A stretch of 64,000 nt of DNA from Candidatus Sulfomarinibacteraceae bacterium (GTDB taxonomy: Bacteria > Acidobacteriota > Thermoanaerobaculia > Thermoanaerobaculales > Sulfomarinibacteraceae), in NCBI GenBank assembly GCA_963796455.1, contig CAWCLO010000001.1:64001-128000 (forward strand), written 5' to 3'. The translations under genes and the position numbers were made by a program. This document shows positions 12,361 through 23,500 of the stretch, one piece after another. How positions within the stretch are numbered: the stretch's first letter is position 1; each line of letters starts with the position of its first letter. The notes beneath the pieces were generated by a model. It was not told the origin of the DNA. It ran no database searches and saw only the letters and a list, made by a program, of their open reading frames with translations.

Positions 12361-13614
12361 CTACTCGTAGCGAAGAGCATCGACAGGCGGGAGCCGAGAA
12401 GCCCGGATCGCGGGCCACATTCCAAAGACCAGACCGACGATGGAGCAGAAAATCACCCCTCGAACGGCCCACTCCATCGGGACATGGACCGCAAAATCGG
12501 TGAAGAGCGTGACGATGTTCCCAAGCCCGAAACCGACCAGGACCCCAATCACTCCGCCGATATTGCAGAGCACGATCGCCTCGATCAGGAATTGCAGGAG
12601 GATCGATCGTCTTTTCGCGCCGAGCGCTTTCCGGATACCGATCTCTTTGGTCCGCTCAGTGACCGAAACCAACATGATGTTCATAATGCCGATCCCGGCG
12701 ACAATCAGCGCCACCATCCCGAGCACGAAGGCCGCGGTCTTGAGCCCCGCGGTCGCCTGGTTGAACGCCCGAATCTCGGAGTCGGTGGTGAAATAGTAGA
12801 AATTGTCGCGATCGCGCGGGCTCACTCCCCTCTCAGAACGGAGAATCATCCGAACCTCGTCAATGGCGTCTTCGAGAGCGACATCCTCGAGGGATCGGAC
12901 CGTTATGAAGATCGATCGCTCAGTATTCGGATCGTCACGAGCACCATACGCCTTGAGCCAAACGGAAATCGGGATCAGGATATAACGATCAAACGGTGTC
13001 CCGGTCGCAGATCTGCGCTCTTCAAAGACACCTTGGATCTTGAACTTGCGACCGTCGATCTTGACCGTCTTTCCAATCGGATCGATGAACGGGAAGAGTT
13101 CCTGCGCGATCCCGAAACCGAGAACCGCCACGTTGCGCCCCACCACCACATCTTCTTCGGTGAGGTTGCGCCCGAGCTCGACGAGGTGGGTGTTGTTTTC
13201 GGGATATTCAGGCGTCCCTCCACAGACGATATTGTTGTTCTCCGTACTCTCATCGCGAAAACTCACCCTCGTGTTGTAGTGCCAGAGTTCAGCGCCAACC
13301 AGATCGACCATCTTCGACCGTTCGCGAATGGTGTACACGTGATCGAGAGTCAACGGGGGCCAACGAGCGATATCCCGGAAGTTGAGATCGCGATTGTCAT
13401 TGAAATTTCCGCGCGGAAACTTTTGGATCTGAAAGGTGCGATTCGAAAGCACGCTGAGCTCGGCTTCCATGGTGGTCTGGACCACCGAGACCCCGGTCAT
13501 GACGGCGATGATTGCGGCAACCCCGGCGATGATGCCGACGAGGGTCAGAATCGAGCGCAGCTTGTGCGCGCCAATCGCCGCCCAAGCCATCTTGAAGCAA
13601 TCGATCCAGGTCAT
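12361..13614 (-). CDS. ABC transporter permease (MacB/FtsX-type), paralog A
   Basis: KLRSILTLVGII...GIGIMNIMLVSVTERTKEIGIRKALGA...ASRLPPVDALRYE. Confidence 0.93.
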   Translation of the reverse strand: MTWIDCFKMAWAAIGAHKLRSILTLVGIIAGVAAIIAVMTGVSVVQTTMEAELSVLSNRTFQIQKFPRGNFNDNRDLNFRDIARWPPLTLDHVYTIRERSKMVDLVGAELWHYNTRVSFRDESTENNNIVCGGTPEYPENNTHLVELGRNLTEEDVVVGRNVAVLGFGIAQELFPFIDPIGKTVKIDGRKFKIQGVFEERRSATGTPFDRYILIPISVWLKAYGARDDPNTERSIFITVRSLEDVALEDAIDEVRMILRSERGVSPRDRDNFYYFTTDSEIRAFNQATAGLKTAAFVLGMVALIVAGIGIMNIMLVSVTERTKEIGIRKALGAKRRSILLQFLIEAIVLCNIGGVIGVLVGFGLGNIVTLFTDFAVHVPMEWAVRGVIFCSIVGLVFGMWPAIRASRLPPVDALRYE

Positions 13615-13752
13615 GCGCCTGTCCGATCCCGTTCCCGATCCGTTTTCCGTTAGTACGTTTGAGGCAAGCTACCTCAATGAGCTAAGGAAAGCAAGATCGT
13701 GACCCAGATGGAATTACGACCATCCGCCGGGATCGGGACCGGCCCTGCAACG

Positions 13753-15006
13753 CTATTCGTATCTCAACGCTTCGATCGGCGCCAGCTTCGATGCACGAAT
13801 TGCGGGCCACATTCCAAAAATCAGACCCACCAGCGAGCAGAAGATCACTCCCCTCACCGCCCAATCCACCGGGATGTTGACCGCGAAGTCCGTGAAGAGG
13901 GTCACCACGTTGCCGATTCCAAAACCGATCAGCACACCGAAGATCCCACCGATATTGCACAGGACAACGGCTTCCATCAGAAACTGCAGAAGGATCGCCG
14001 GTCGCTTGGCTCCCAGCGCTTTACGGATCCCGATCTCACGGGTCCGTTCGGTGACCGAGACCAGCATGATATTCATGATGCCGATCCCGGCGACAATCAG
14101 CGCCACCATCCCGAGCACGAAGGCGGCGGTCTTGACACCGGCGGTCGCCTGGTTGAAGGCATCGATTTGTGAATCGCTCGTGAACCAGTGGAAGGTGTCA
14201 CGTTCACGCGGGCTCAGACCGCGGGCGGCCCTCAGCACTGATCGGGTTTCTTCCAGGGCCTCCTCGAGGGGAACACCCTGGACGGTCCGGACGGTGATGA
14301 AAATCGAACGCGGCCTTCCGTTTTCGTCGCGCTCGCCATAGAGATTCGTCCACACCGTGATCGGCATCAGGACATACTGGTCGAACTGCCCTCCCATCGC
14401 CGATGTTTTCTGTTCGAACACGCCCTGGACCGTAAATTTGTGGCCATCGACCTTGACGGTTTTGCCGATCGGATCGATGAAGGGGAACAACTCGTTGGCG
14501 ATACCGTTCCCAAGCACAACAACCCGGCGACCGATCTCGATATCTTCTTCATTCAGATTCCGTCCGAGTTCGACATAGTGGGTGTTGTTTTCCGGATACT
14601 CCGGCGTGCCACCACAGACCATCATGTTGCTTTCGGTGGACTCACCCCGATAGCCGACGCGGGTGTTGTAGTGCCAGAGTTCGGCGCCGACAAGATCAAC
14701 CGTTTTCACCCGCTCACGAATCACCTTGACGTGGTCCATGGTCAGAGGAGGCCAGCGTTGGATCTCGCGGAAATTGATGTTGCGGTCGTTGTTGAAGTTG
14801 CCCATGGGGAACTTCATGATTTGAAAGGTCCGGCTGCCCAGCACGCTCAACTCGGCTTCCATCTGGCTCTGGACGACCGAGACACCGGTCATGACGGAGA
14901 TGATCGCCGCGACCCCGGCGACGATGCCGATCAGAGTCAGAATCGACCGCAGCTTGTGCGCACCGATCGCCGACACTGCCATTTTGAATGAATCGATCCA
15001 GGTCAT
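13753..15006 (-). CDS. ABC transporter permease (MacB/FtsX-type), paralog B
   Basis: Same motifs. Start moved to MTWIDSF (15006), giving the same 1254-nt length as paralog A. Confidence 0.93.
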   Translation of the reverse strand: MTWIDSFKMAVSAIGAHKLRSILTLIGIVAGVAAIISVMTGVSVVQSQMEAELSVLGSRTFQIMKFPMGNFNNDRNINFREIQRWPPLTMDHVKVIRERVKTVDLVGAELWHYNTRVGYRGESTESNMMVCGGTPEYPENNTHYVELGRNLNEEDIEIGRRVVVLGNGIANELFPFIDPIGKTVKVDGHKFTVQGVFEQKTSAMGGQFDQYVLMPITVWTNLYGERDENGRPRSIFITVRTVQGVPLEEALEETRSVLRAARGLSPRERDTFHWFTSDSQIDAFNQATAGVKTAAFVLGMVALIVAGIGIMNIMLVSVTERTREIGIRKALGAKRPAILLQFLMEAVVLCNIGGIFGVLIGFGIGNVVTLFTDFAVNIPVDWAVRGVIFCSLVGLIFGMWPAIRASKLAPIEALRYE

Positions 15007-15039
15007 AAAGGGACTCCGATCGCGATTGCCGAACCCAAA

Positions 15040-15135
15040 CGAAGCAGAGGGGCAGAGGGGCGGAGGGGCAGAGGTGTCGCGCCACAAATGGCAAGCGCGT
15101 CATCCCCTCTGCTCCTTTTCTCCTCTGCTCCTCTA
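15040..15135. repeat. Inverted octamer arrays forming an intra-operon hairpin
   Basis: (GCAGAGGG)n left arm and (CCTCTGCT)-like right arm around a ~30 bp spacer. Confidence 0.6.
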
Positions 15136-15174
15136 CCCGTTTTCGGGCTCGGAACCAGACTCGGGCACGAGGTG

Positions 15175-16407
15175 CTACTCATAATGCAAAGCATCAATCG
15201 GATTCAATTTCGAGGCCCGCCAGGCGGGGATGAACCCGGAGATCAGGCCTGTCGCGACCGATACCGTCAGCGCGATAACAACAATCGGCAGCGAAACGGT
15301 TGCCGGCAGAACGAGTTTGTTGATCGCCGCGGCCACGGCGAAGGACAGGACGACGCCAATCGTCCCGCCCAACAGACAGATCATCGACGACTCGAGCAGA
15401 AACTGCTGCAGGATCGCCCGCCGCTTGGCGCCGATCGCCTTGCGGATTCCGATTTCTCGTGTCCGTTCGGTGACCGAAACGAACATGATGTTCATGACGC
15501 CGACTCCACCGACAAAGAGCGAAATCCCGGTAACCGCCATGCCGATCATCAGGACCACGCCCATGACGTTGTTGAAGGTATCGAGCAGCGTGTCCATCTT
15601 GTTGATGGCGAAGTTGTCGTCCTCGTTGGGCTGCAGGCGGCGGATCTTGCGCATCTCGCCCACCAATTCGTACTCGAAGTCGTCGAGCAAAGTGGTGGGC
15701 GGTGCCTTGACCGCAAAGGCGAAACTCCGGTTGCGCCCGCCAAACTCTTTGACAAAGGTCGTGACCGGAATGAAGACCTGGCTGTCGAAATCGGGACCGC
15801 CGAAGAAGCCCGCGCTCCCCTGTTTCTCCATCACACCGATGACTCGAAAATTGGCGCGTCCGACCTTGATCTTTTTGTTGATCGGGTCGACGTCTCCAAA
15901 GAGCTGCTCGCGCATCGTGACGCCGATGATGCAGACGTTGCGTTTGAAGGCCACGTCATAGGCGGTCAGAAAACGACCGAACTCGGGAACTGCGCTGGAG
16001 ACCAGCATATGTTTTTCGGTCGTTCCGATGACCGTCGCGTTGCTGATGACCTCGGACAGATATTTGACCGGCCGTCGAGTGTCATCCGTTGGATTGACGA
16101 TTGCCGGCGCAAGCTGACGGGACAGCTTCTCGCTGTCTTTGAGTGCCAGGTTCGGACGATTCCGGAATTGAAAGTTCCGCCCCTGGAAAAACCACGGTGT
16201 TCGCGACACATAGAGCACATCGGTCCCGAGCACCGACACGCTCTCCTTGAAGTTGTTGGCGAGCCCGTTGGCGGCGGTCATCGTCGTCACGACGGCGACG
16301 ATACCGATAATGATTCCCAGGGTCGTCAGGACCCCCCGTGCCTTGTTCGCCCGCAAGGCCGCCAGGGCGATCCGAAGCGACTCGAAGGAGGCGTAGATTC
16401 TGCTCAT
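15175..16407 (-). CDS. ABC transporter permease (MacB/FtsX-type), third copy
   Basis: [40 protein letters not shown]. Confidence 0.93.
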   Translation of the reverse strand: MSRIYASFESLRIALAALRANKARGVLTTLGIIIGIVAVVTTMTAANGLANNFKESVSVLGTDVLYVSRTPWFFQGRNFQFRNRPNLALKDSEKLSRQLAPAIVNPTDDTRRPVKYLSEVISNATVIGTTEKHMLVSSAVPEFGRFLTAYDVAFKRNVCIIGVTMREQLFGDVDPINKKIKVGRANFRVIGVMEKQGSAGFFGGPDFDSQVFIPVTTFVKEFGGRNRSFAFAVKAPPTTLLDDFEYELVGEMRKIRRLQPNEDDNFAINKMDTLLDTFNNVMGVVLMIGMAVTGISLFVGGVGVMNIMFVSVTERTREIGIRKAIGAKRRAILQQFLLESSMICLLGGTIGVVLSFAVAAAINKLVLPATVSLPIVVIALTVSVATGLISGFIPAWRASKLNPIDALHYE

Positions 16408-17093
16408 GCTGCCTCTCGCTCGGCGGTGTCGGTTTCGATCAAACCGTCGCGCAGCCGGATTTCGCGGTTGGCGTGGCGGGCGATCTCGTCCTCGTGGGTG
16501 ACGAGGATGATCGTATTGCCGTCGGCGTGAAGCTGATCAAAAACAGCCATGATCTCGGCACCCGTGGCGCTGTCGAGATTTCCGGTCGGTTCGTCTGCGA
16601 GCAGGATCGACGGCCTATTGACCAGCGCCCGAGCGATGGCGACCCGTTGCCGTTGGCCACCGGAGAGCTCGTTCGGCCGGTGATCCATTCGATCGGCCAG
16701 ACCGACCCGTTCGATCGCAGATTCAGCAAGCTTACGCCGTTGCCCCGGGCGCATTCCAGCGTAGATCAGCGGCAGTTCCACATTGTGAAAAACGTCCGAC
16801 CGTGCCAGGAGATTGAATGTCTGAAAAACAAAACCGATTTTTTCGTTTCGGATCTCGGCAAGGGCGTCTTCACCGAGGGTACTGACATCGGAACCATCGA
16901 GCACATAGCTGCCGGCAGTCGGGACATCGAGACAACCGATGATATTCATCAAGGTGCTCTTGCCGGATCCCGACGGCCCCATGATCGCGACGTATTCGTT
17001 GTCGGCAATGTCGAACGAGACCCCCTTCAGAGCGTGGACGGCAACCTCGTTCATCGCATAGGTTTTTTCAACAGATCGAAGCGCGAGCGCCAT
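16404..17093 (-). CDS. ABC transporter ATP-binding protein (MacB/LolD-like)
   Basis: [32 protein letters not shown]. Confidence 0.95.
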   Translation of the reverse strand: MALALRSVEKTYAMNEVAVHALKGVSFDIADNEYVAIMGPSGSGKSTLMNIIGCLDVPTAGSYVLDGSDVSTLGEDALAEIRNEKIGFVFQTFNLLARSDVFHNVELPLIYAGMRPGQRRKLAESAIERVGLADRMDHRPNELSGGQRQRVAIARALVNRPSILLADEPTGNLDSATGAEIMAVFDQLHADGNTIILVTHEDEIARHANREIRLRDGLIETDTAEREAA

Positions 17094-17096
17094 TTT

Positions 17097-18344
17097 TCAG
17101 CCCTTCTCGTCGGCGTCGAGAGTCACTACCGACCCGTCGGTGAGATCTCTGCTGATCGCGCGGTAATTTCCGATCACGACCTGGTCTTCATCCCCGAGAC
17201 CGTGCAAAACCTCGATATGTGTCTCGCTCTGGATGCCGGTCTTGACCTGACGCGCCTGGGCGCGACCGTCGGCCACCACCCAAACAACCTCGACAAAGCC
17301 TTCGGAGTCGGGTTCGAATCTCGATTCCCCAGCCTCGTTTTCGGCATCGGCATCGCCACCGAGCTGATCGATGGTCCGAACGGCAACACTCTGGATCGGC
17401 ACGCTCAGACAGTCGTCGCAGACCTCGGTCACAATTTCGGCCGAGGCGGTCATTCCGGGCCGCAACTCGGCCACCGGATCGATCACCGCGACCTTGACCT
17501 CGAACTCGGTCTTTTCGTCAGTGGTTCCCTGGCCGGAGGAACGGGCGCTGTTGGCGATCTCGGTGACCCTGCCCTTGAGCTTCACGTCGGGCAGGGCGTC
17601 GACCTCGATCTCAGCCTCGTCACCGATCGACACCGCGACGATGTCATTTTCATCGATTGCCACCAGGGCTTCCATGCCCTCGAGATTGGAGATCTCCATG
17701 ATCACGTCTTCCTGGAACTGGGACCCGAGCGCGATCTCACCCACCTCTTTGTTGAGCATGCTGACCGTACCGCTCATCGGGGCGTAGATCGTGGTCTTGG
17801 CGAGATCATCGCGGGTCTGGCGGAGCGCGGCCTTGGCCTGTTCTCCCTGGTCGAGGACCGACTGATAGCGGGCCTTTTCGACTTCAGCAGCGGCATAGAC
17901 GCTGTCGAGCACCGATTGAGATTCGAGATTGCGCTCGTAAAGTTCCTTGGTGCGCTCGAAGTCCTTTTCGGCTTTGATCATGTTCTCCCGGGCGAGATTG
18001 GCGTTGGCCTGGGCAGCAGAAAGATTCGCCTCGGCGCTTTCCACGGCCGCGAGGTAACGCTCACTGTCGAGTTCGACCAAAAGGGTCCCCTGTTCGATCC
18101 AATCACCCTCTTCGACCTCGAGGCGGGTGATCTTGGCACTCACATCGGCCGAAATATTGACCTGGATCATCGGCTGGATCTTGCCGGTCGCGGTGACCGT
18201 CTGAACTACCTGTCGACGACTCACGTCTTCGATCTCGACCGCAATTCCTTCGACTCCACCGCGCCTTGACGCCAGGGTCATCCCGGCAATTACCACCACC
18301 AGGAGTACGGGCAGCCCGATCATCATTGCTTTTTTCATTGTCAT
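17097..18344 (-). CDS. Efflux periplasmic adaptor (MacA/HlyD-like membrane fusion protein)
   Basis: N-terminal anchor, lipoyl half-motifs, coiled-coil hairpin, TTIYAPMSGTV, LRPGMTA; start at 18338 or 18344. Confidence 0.9.
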   Translation of the reverse strand: MTMKKAMMIGLPVLLVVVIAGMTLASRRGGVEGIAVEIEDVSRRQVVQTVTATGKIQPMIQVNISADVSAKITRLEVEEGDWIEQGTLLVELDSERYLAAVESAEANLSAAQANANLARENMIKAEKDFERTKELYERNLESQSVLDSVYAAAEVEKARYQSVLDQGEQAKAALRQTRDDLAKTTIYAPMSGTVSMLNKEVGEIALGSQFQEDVIMEISNLEGMEALVAIDENDIVAVSIGDEAEIEVDALPDVKLKGRVTEIANSARSSGQGTTDEKTEFEVKVAVIDPVAELRPGMTASAEIVTEVCDDCLSVPIQSVAVRTIDQLGGDADAENEAGESRFEPDSEGFVEVVWVVADGRAQARQVKTGIQSETHIEVLHGLGDEDQVVIGNYRAISRDLTDGSVVTLDADEKG

Positions 18345-18605
18345 CACCCCACTCGAACTGTATTTTGGTTTGAAATAGCTCAACCCTCGAGGTGTCTACG
18401 TTGTTCAGGCTCAGAAGTTGCGCTCCCGCCGGAGGAACCAGAAAGGTCCGGGGGTCGCTTGCTGCTCGAGTCGGCACGAGGCTGGAGAAACATTCACGAT
18501 CGGTGAGAACAAACGAAACCCTTCGCCAAAGCGATGTCTCATCTTGATTGAGCAGAAGTGAAGCGATCTTCGACGTGCCGCCTGGGGCGCTCGCAACAGC
18601 AGATT

Positions 18606-18982
18606 ACTGTTGTCCACGAAAGTGCCTCGGACAAGGTTCAGGGGCAGCGGCAGCGACAGGGAGCAGCGATCTGTATTCGGCGTCAGCGTTCAGTCATCAA
18701 AGTCAGGGAAAAGATGCTGGGACAGCGAATAGCACTCACTTCTTCGGGGCTCCGGCCTTTGTGGTGCGGCCGTCTCGGCCGCACGGTGTGCAGGCGAGAC
18801 GCCTGCACCACAACGGTTGTTCCTTCTGTTGAACGACCCGGAGGTGGCCACTTCGTCGCCTGGACTCCTGACCGCTGCCGCCGAACACTGATCGCAGTTT
18901 CCTGTCGCTGCTTCCTGTCGCTGTCGCTGGACACTGTCGCTGCCTCTGCAATACGGGCACGGACGCGGGCAACGGCGAACCG
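18606..18982 (-). repeat. Dispersed ~0.4 kb structured element, copy 1 (contains a GTGG-REP doublet at 18760-18812)
   Basis: Reverse complement matches 28946-29302 and 43280-43714, including the core CAGGAGTCCAGGCGACGAA...CTCCGGGTCGTTCAACAGAAGG and the end GGACAACAGT. Confidence 0.85.
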
Positions 18983-18986
18983 AGGA

Positions 18987-19469
18987 TCAGCCCTTTTGGA
19001 GTTTTTGCAGACGATCCTTCACCTTTGCCGCGTGCCCTTTGGCCGAGGCTCTCTTCCAGCGATGGGCGACGCGGCCATCGGGATCGATGATCACCGTCGA
19101 GCGGATGACGCCGGTAGTGATCTTTCCGTACATGTTCTTCTCGCCCCAGGCGCCGTAGACCTCCATCACCGCGTGATCCGGATCTGAAAGAAGCCGCAGG
19201 TCGAGACCGTGTTTTTTGATGAACTCCAGATGATCGGCCGGCGAATCCGGGCTGCAACCGAGAACCACTGCATCGAGGCCGCGAAAATCGGCGATGCTTT
19301 CAGTGAACTCGCAGGCCTGCGCGGTGCAACCCGGTGTGTCGTCCTTGGGATAGAAGTAGAGGACCACCCATTGGCCCGAATACTCGGCGAGCGTCGCATC
19401 TTTTCCGCCCTGATCTTTCAGTGTGAATGGGGGTGCCGGTTCTCCGGCCTCGATTGCTGTCGCGCTCAT
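18987..19469 (-). CDS. bcp: Peroxiredoxin BCP/PrxQ
   Basis: LYFYPKDDTPGCTAQAC, YGAWGEKNMYGK; start MSATAIE after GGAG RBS. Confidence 0.92.
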   Translation of the reverse strand: MSATAIEAGEPAPPFTLKDQGGKDATLAEYSGQWVVLYFYPKDDTPGCTAQACEFTESIADFRGLDAVVLGCSPDSPADHLEFIKKHGLDLRLLSDPDHAVMEVYGAWGEKNMYGKITTGVIRSTVIIDPDGRVAHRWKRASAKGHAAKVKDRLQKLQKG

Positions 19470-19649
19470 TGAAACTCCTTGTTGTGAACTCTCTTCTCTC
19501 GAATACTTCGGTCTCGCGATCGGAGCTGTTCTCTCCATCTGCGGCGCGGGCTGAACCGGAAGCCTATCGATAGCGAAAACAATTCCTAATCGGAGGAGAG
19601 GTTAGAATACCCCCACGTCCATCAGGACGGTCAACCAAGGAGATTGCCC

Positions 19650-20342
19650 ATGTCATTCCATCGCTGTGTGCGCCGCATCGCGTTCATCGCTCCGATTGCC
19701 CTCCTGCTCATCGGGTCGGCCTTTGCTGTCGAAGCACAAGAACCCGAGACGCCCGAACCCGAAAAGAATCCGGCCCTTCTCAACCCGAACCTCGCCAAGG
19801 AAACCGCCCCTGAGACCTACAAGGTCAAAATGGAAACAACCGCCGGAGACTTCATCATCGAGGTCAATCGCGACTGGGCGCCGCACGGCGCCGACCGTTT
19901 CTACAACCTTGTCAAGATCGGCTACTACGACGATGTGGCCTTTTATCGGGTCGTCCGGGGATTCATGGCCCAGTTCGGAATGAACGGCGACCCGGCGGTG
20001 ACTGCGGCGTGGAGCAACTCGAGACTCCCACCGGACAGACCGAAAAAATCCAACACAAGAGCGAAGGTGACCTTTGCGATGGGCGCCAGTCCCGACACCC
20101 GAACCACACAGATATTTATCAACTTCGGCGACAATTCGTATCTGGATGGCTCAGGTTTCGCACCCATCGGAACGGTTGTCGAGGGCTTTGAATCCGTCAA
20201 AGACCTCTACGACGGCTATGGCGAAGGTGAGCCGCGGGGCAAAGGACCCGCCCAATCCAAGTTGTACCGTCGCGGCAACCAGTACCTCAAAGGGGAGTTT
20301 CCGAAGATGGACTACATCATGACGGCAAGGATCGTGGAGTAG
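19650..20342 (+). CDS. Exported cyclophilin-type peptidyl-prolyl isomerase
   Basis: Signal peptide; WAPHGADRFYNLV, FYRVVRGFMAQFG, TRTTQIFINFGDN. Confidence 0.9.
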   Translation: MSFHRCVRRIAFIAPIALLLIGSAFAVEAQEPETPEPEKNPALLNPNLAKETAPETYKVKMETTAGDFIIEVNRDWAPHGADRFYNLVKIGYYDDVAFYRVVRGFMAQFGMNGDPAVTAAWSNSRLPPDRPKKSNTRAKVTFAMGASPDTRTTQIFINFGDNSYLDGSGFAPIGTVVEGFESVKDLYDGYGEGEPRGKGPAQSKLYRRGNQYLKGEFPKMDYIMTARIVE

Positions 20343-20417
20343 TCTTTCGGTTCCGGATTCGCCAAAACGATCGGCGTCGCCATCGTAATTGAAGGCAGCC
20401 TAGATCGAGCGAAATCC

Positions 20418-20449
20418 GATAGCGATAGCGATGGCGATAGCGATAGCGA
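20418..20449. repeat. (GATAGC)n hexamer array
   Basis: GATAGCGATAGCGATGGCGATAGCGATAGCGA; also near 9579, 34346 and 63962. Confidence 0.75.
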
Positions 20450-20504
20450 GAAGTGGAGTGAAATTGAAAGAGCTACCACTGTATAGTCATCACCGACGGG
20501 GAAA

Positions 20505-23500
20505 ATGACCACAGATAAAGAACACCGCGACCAGCGGGAACCGGCGAGTGACGCCGAACAGGTTCTCGAATTGGCGGCAAAACGGGGGCTGATTTCGGAG
20601 GAGGATGCGGAATCCACCATTGCCGAAGTCAGGGCCCGACTGGTGGATGCGGGTCTCTACGATGTGGAAGAACCGTCGGTCCAGATCGTGCTGCCCGACC
20701 ACCTCTTCGAGGATGGCACCCTAGCCCAATTGGCCCGTGAACTCGGTCTCGACGATGCCGATTGGCTCCGGGAACCGGCGCCGGGAAGCGCGCGTTCATC
20801 GGATCCCTTCGAGGTCTTTCCGGTCGCGAACTGGGGTCGCTACGAGTTTGTCGAATTTATCGGTCGCGGCGGCATGGGCGACGTCTTCAAGGCCCTGGAC
20901 ACAAGCCTTGGCCGACACGTGGCACTCAAGTTCCTCCGCCGCGACGATCCCGAACAGATCAAACGATTCACCCGCGAGGCCCGGGTTCAGGCCAAGGTCG
21001 ACCACGAAAACCTGTGCCCGGTCTACGAGGTCGGCGAGGTCGAAGGTCTGTCCTACATCGCCATGCAGTACATCTCCGGTGGTTCGATCAAAGAGGTCGC
21101 CGATCTTCTCAGCATCGAGGAGAAAGTGGCGATCATGGTCGATGTGGCCGATGCACTTCATGCCGCCCACCAGGCCGGGCTCATCCACCGGGACATCAAA
21201 CCCGCGAATATCCTGGTTGAACGGAATGCTGATGGCACCTGGCATCCCTATGTGGTCGATTTCGGAATCGCGCGCGAAGTGGACACACCCCACGATCTCA
21301 CGGTCTCCGGAATGGTCCTCGGGACACCCGCCTTCTGTTCACCTGAGCAGGTACGGGGCGAAATATCGAAACTGGACCGTCGAACCGATGTTTACGGTCT
21401 CGGCGCCACGCTCTATTGGTTGCTGACCGGACAGAGCCCCTATGCCGGAGCCTACCCGGAGATCATTTCCGGAGTATCCGAGAGAGACCCGACGCCACCA
21501 CACCGGATCAACCGTTCGATTCCGGTCGATCTCGAAACCATTGTTCTGAAATGCCTCGAAAAGGACCAGGACCGACGCTACGCCAGTGCCAGGGAGGCGT
21601 CGGAGGATCTGCGTCGATTCCTCGCAGGTGAACCCATCGCGGCGCGTCCGGCGGGAATTCTCTACAAGCTCGGAAAACGGATTCGAAGATACCCCGGTCT
21701 GACCGCGGTAATTCTGATCGCAGTCATCGCCTTTGCCGCACTCGGGTTCTTGAGCCTGCGGACCAATCTTCGAACCCGACAACAGGCCGCAATCGCTCAG
21801 AATCTCACCGAACAGGTCAAGGAGATCGAGGGATTTGCCCGGGTGGCGGCGATGATGCCACCGCACGACCGAAGCGCGGAACGTGAGATCATCCTGCAAC
21901 GGATGTCCGAGATCGAAAACGAAATGAACCGGATCGGTGAGATCAGCGCCGGTCCCGCCTCCTACGCTCTCGGACGCGGATATATGACCCTCGAAAATGA
22001 CCAGGAGGCCCGACGTCATCTCGAACGGGCGATCAACCAGGGCTACTCGAGCGCCGGCGTCAACTATGCCCTTGGAATGGTTCTCGGCCGGCTCTACAAG
22101 GACGAGCTCGATCTGGCACGCAGGATCGAAAACACCGAATTGCGAAGCGCCCGAATCGAGAAGGTCGAGAACGACCTCAGGGAACCGGCGCTGGCCTACC
22201 TCCGTTCAGGGAGAACCACATCTTCGGATGGTGCCGGCTACGCCGAAGCTTTGATCGCCTTCTTCGGAGGCCAACTCGAAGAGGCCCTCGCCGCAACCCG
22301 GGAGGCCTACGAGAACGAGAATTGGCTCTACGAAGCCAAACGCCTCGAGGGTGACATTCTGCTCGAGATCGGCGCCGAACGGCGCCTGCTCGGCGACACC
22401 GAGGGGGCTCTCGATGTCCTCGATGCAGCAGGACAGGCTTTCGCCCTGGCCTCCGATATCGCGCGTTCGGACCCGAGCGTCCACGAAGGCGAGTGCGCCC
22501 GCTGGACCGAGATACTGGAAATCCGAAGCCGCCGCGGCGCAGCGGTCGTGGATGCCTTCGAGCAGGCTGTGGCCGCGTGCGACCGCGCCCTGGAGATCGA
22601 TCCGAATCGCGCGGCGATCCACGAACGCCTTTCCCACCTTTACTGGCGCTGGGCGGATATCGTCAATGACCGCGGCGGCGAACCCGGTCCGTTTCTGACC
22701 CAATCCATCGCCTCGGCAGATCGCGCGATTGCCGTCGATCAATCCAGTGTTGCCGCTTATTCGACCCGCGGTGGCGCTCTCACGGTGGCGGCGCTCGGTG
22801 AGGCGGCAAAGGGTGAAGATCCTCGGCCGACTCTGAGGCGGGCCATCGAAAGTTTTGAGAGCGCAATCGAAATCGACCCCGGTGCAGTCCTCGCTCACGA
22901 CGATCTCGGTTACGCGTGGGAACTGCTGGCGCGACACGAAATGACTCGCGGAGTGGATCCGAGAAACGCTCTCGATCGCGCGACCGCATCGTTCCGGCGA
23001 GCGGCGGATCTCAATCCACGTTATGCCAACGCCCACAACAATCTCGGTATCGCGCTGTGGCGCAGGGCCGTGTACCTGATGCGAAGCGGCGGCGACCCAA
23101 GATCCACGCTGACCGAATCATTTGCGGCATTTGATGCAGCGATCGAGCGCAATCCGGACTACGCCTACGCCTACGCCAACCGTGGGCTGGCCGGCCGCTA
23201 CCTGGCCAAATTCGAGCTGTTACGGGACACTGATCCATCAGCCGCCGTCGACCGTGCCCGCAATGACCTCGGCCGAGCGCTGTCGCTCAATCCGCAGATT
23301 TTCTGGGCCTACCCGGAACGCGCAGCGGCGGAACTCCTGGCCGCACAATGGGCCATACGAAACGGAACATCACCGGCCGGCCAACTGAGTGCGGCCGCTG
23401 CCGCGGCGGAGAAAGCTCTTGCAGCAAATCCCCAGAACTCGGTCGCCTACCAGAGCTCAGCGGAAGTCCACCGCTGGCGTGCCGAGTGGCTGCTCGCCCA

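Noticed and set aside
19481..19498. TTGTGAA half-site upstream of bcp as a third Rex box
   Set aside because: The right half-site is absent, so the match is too weak.
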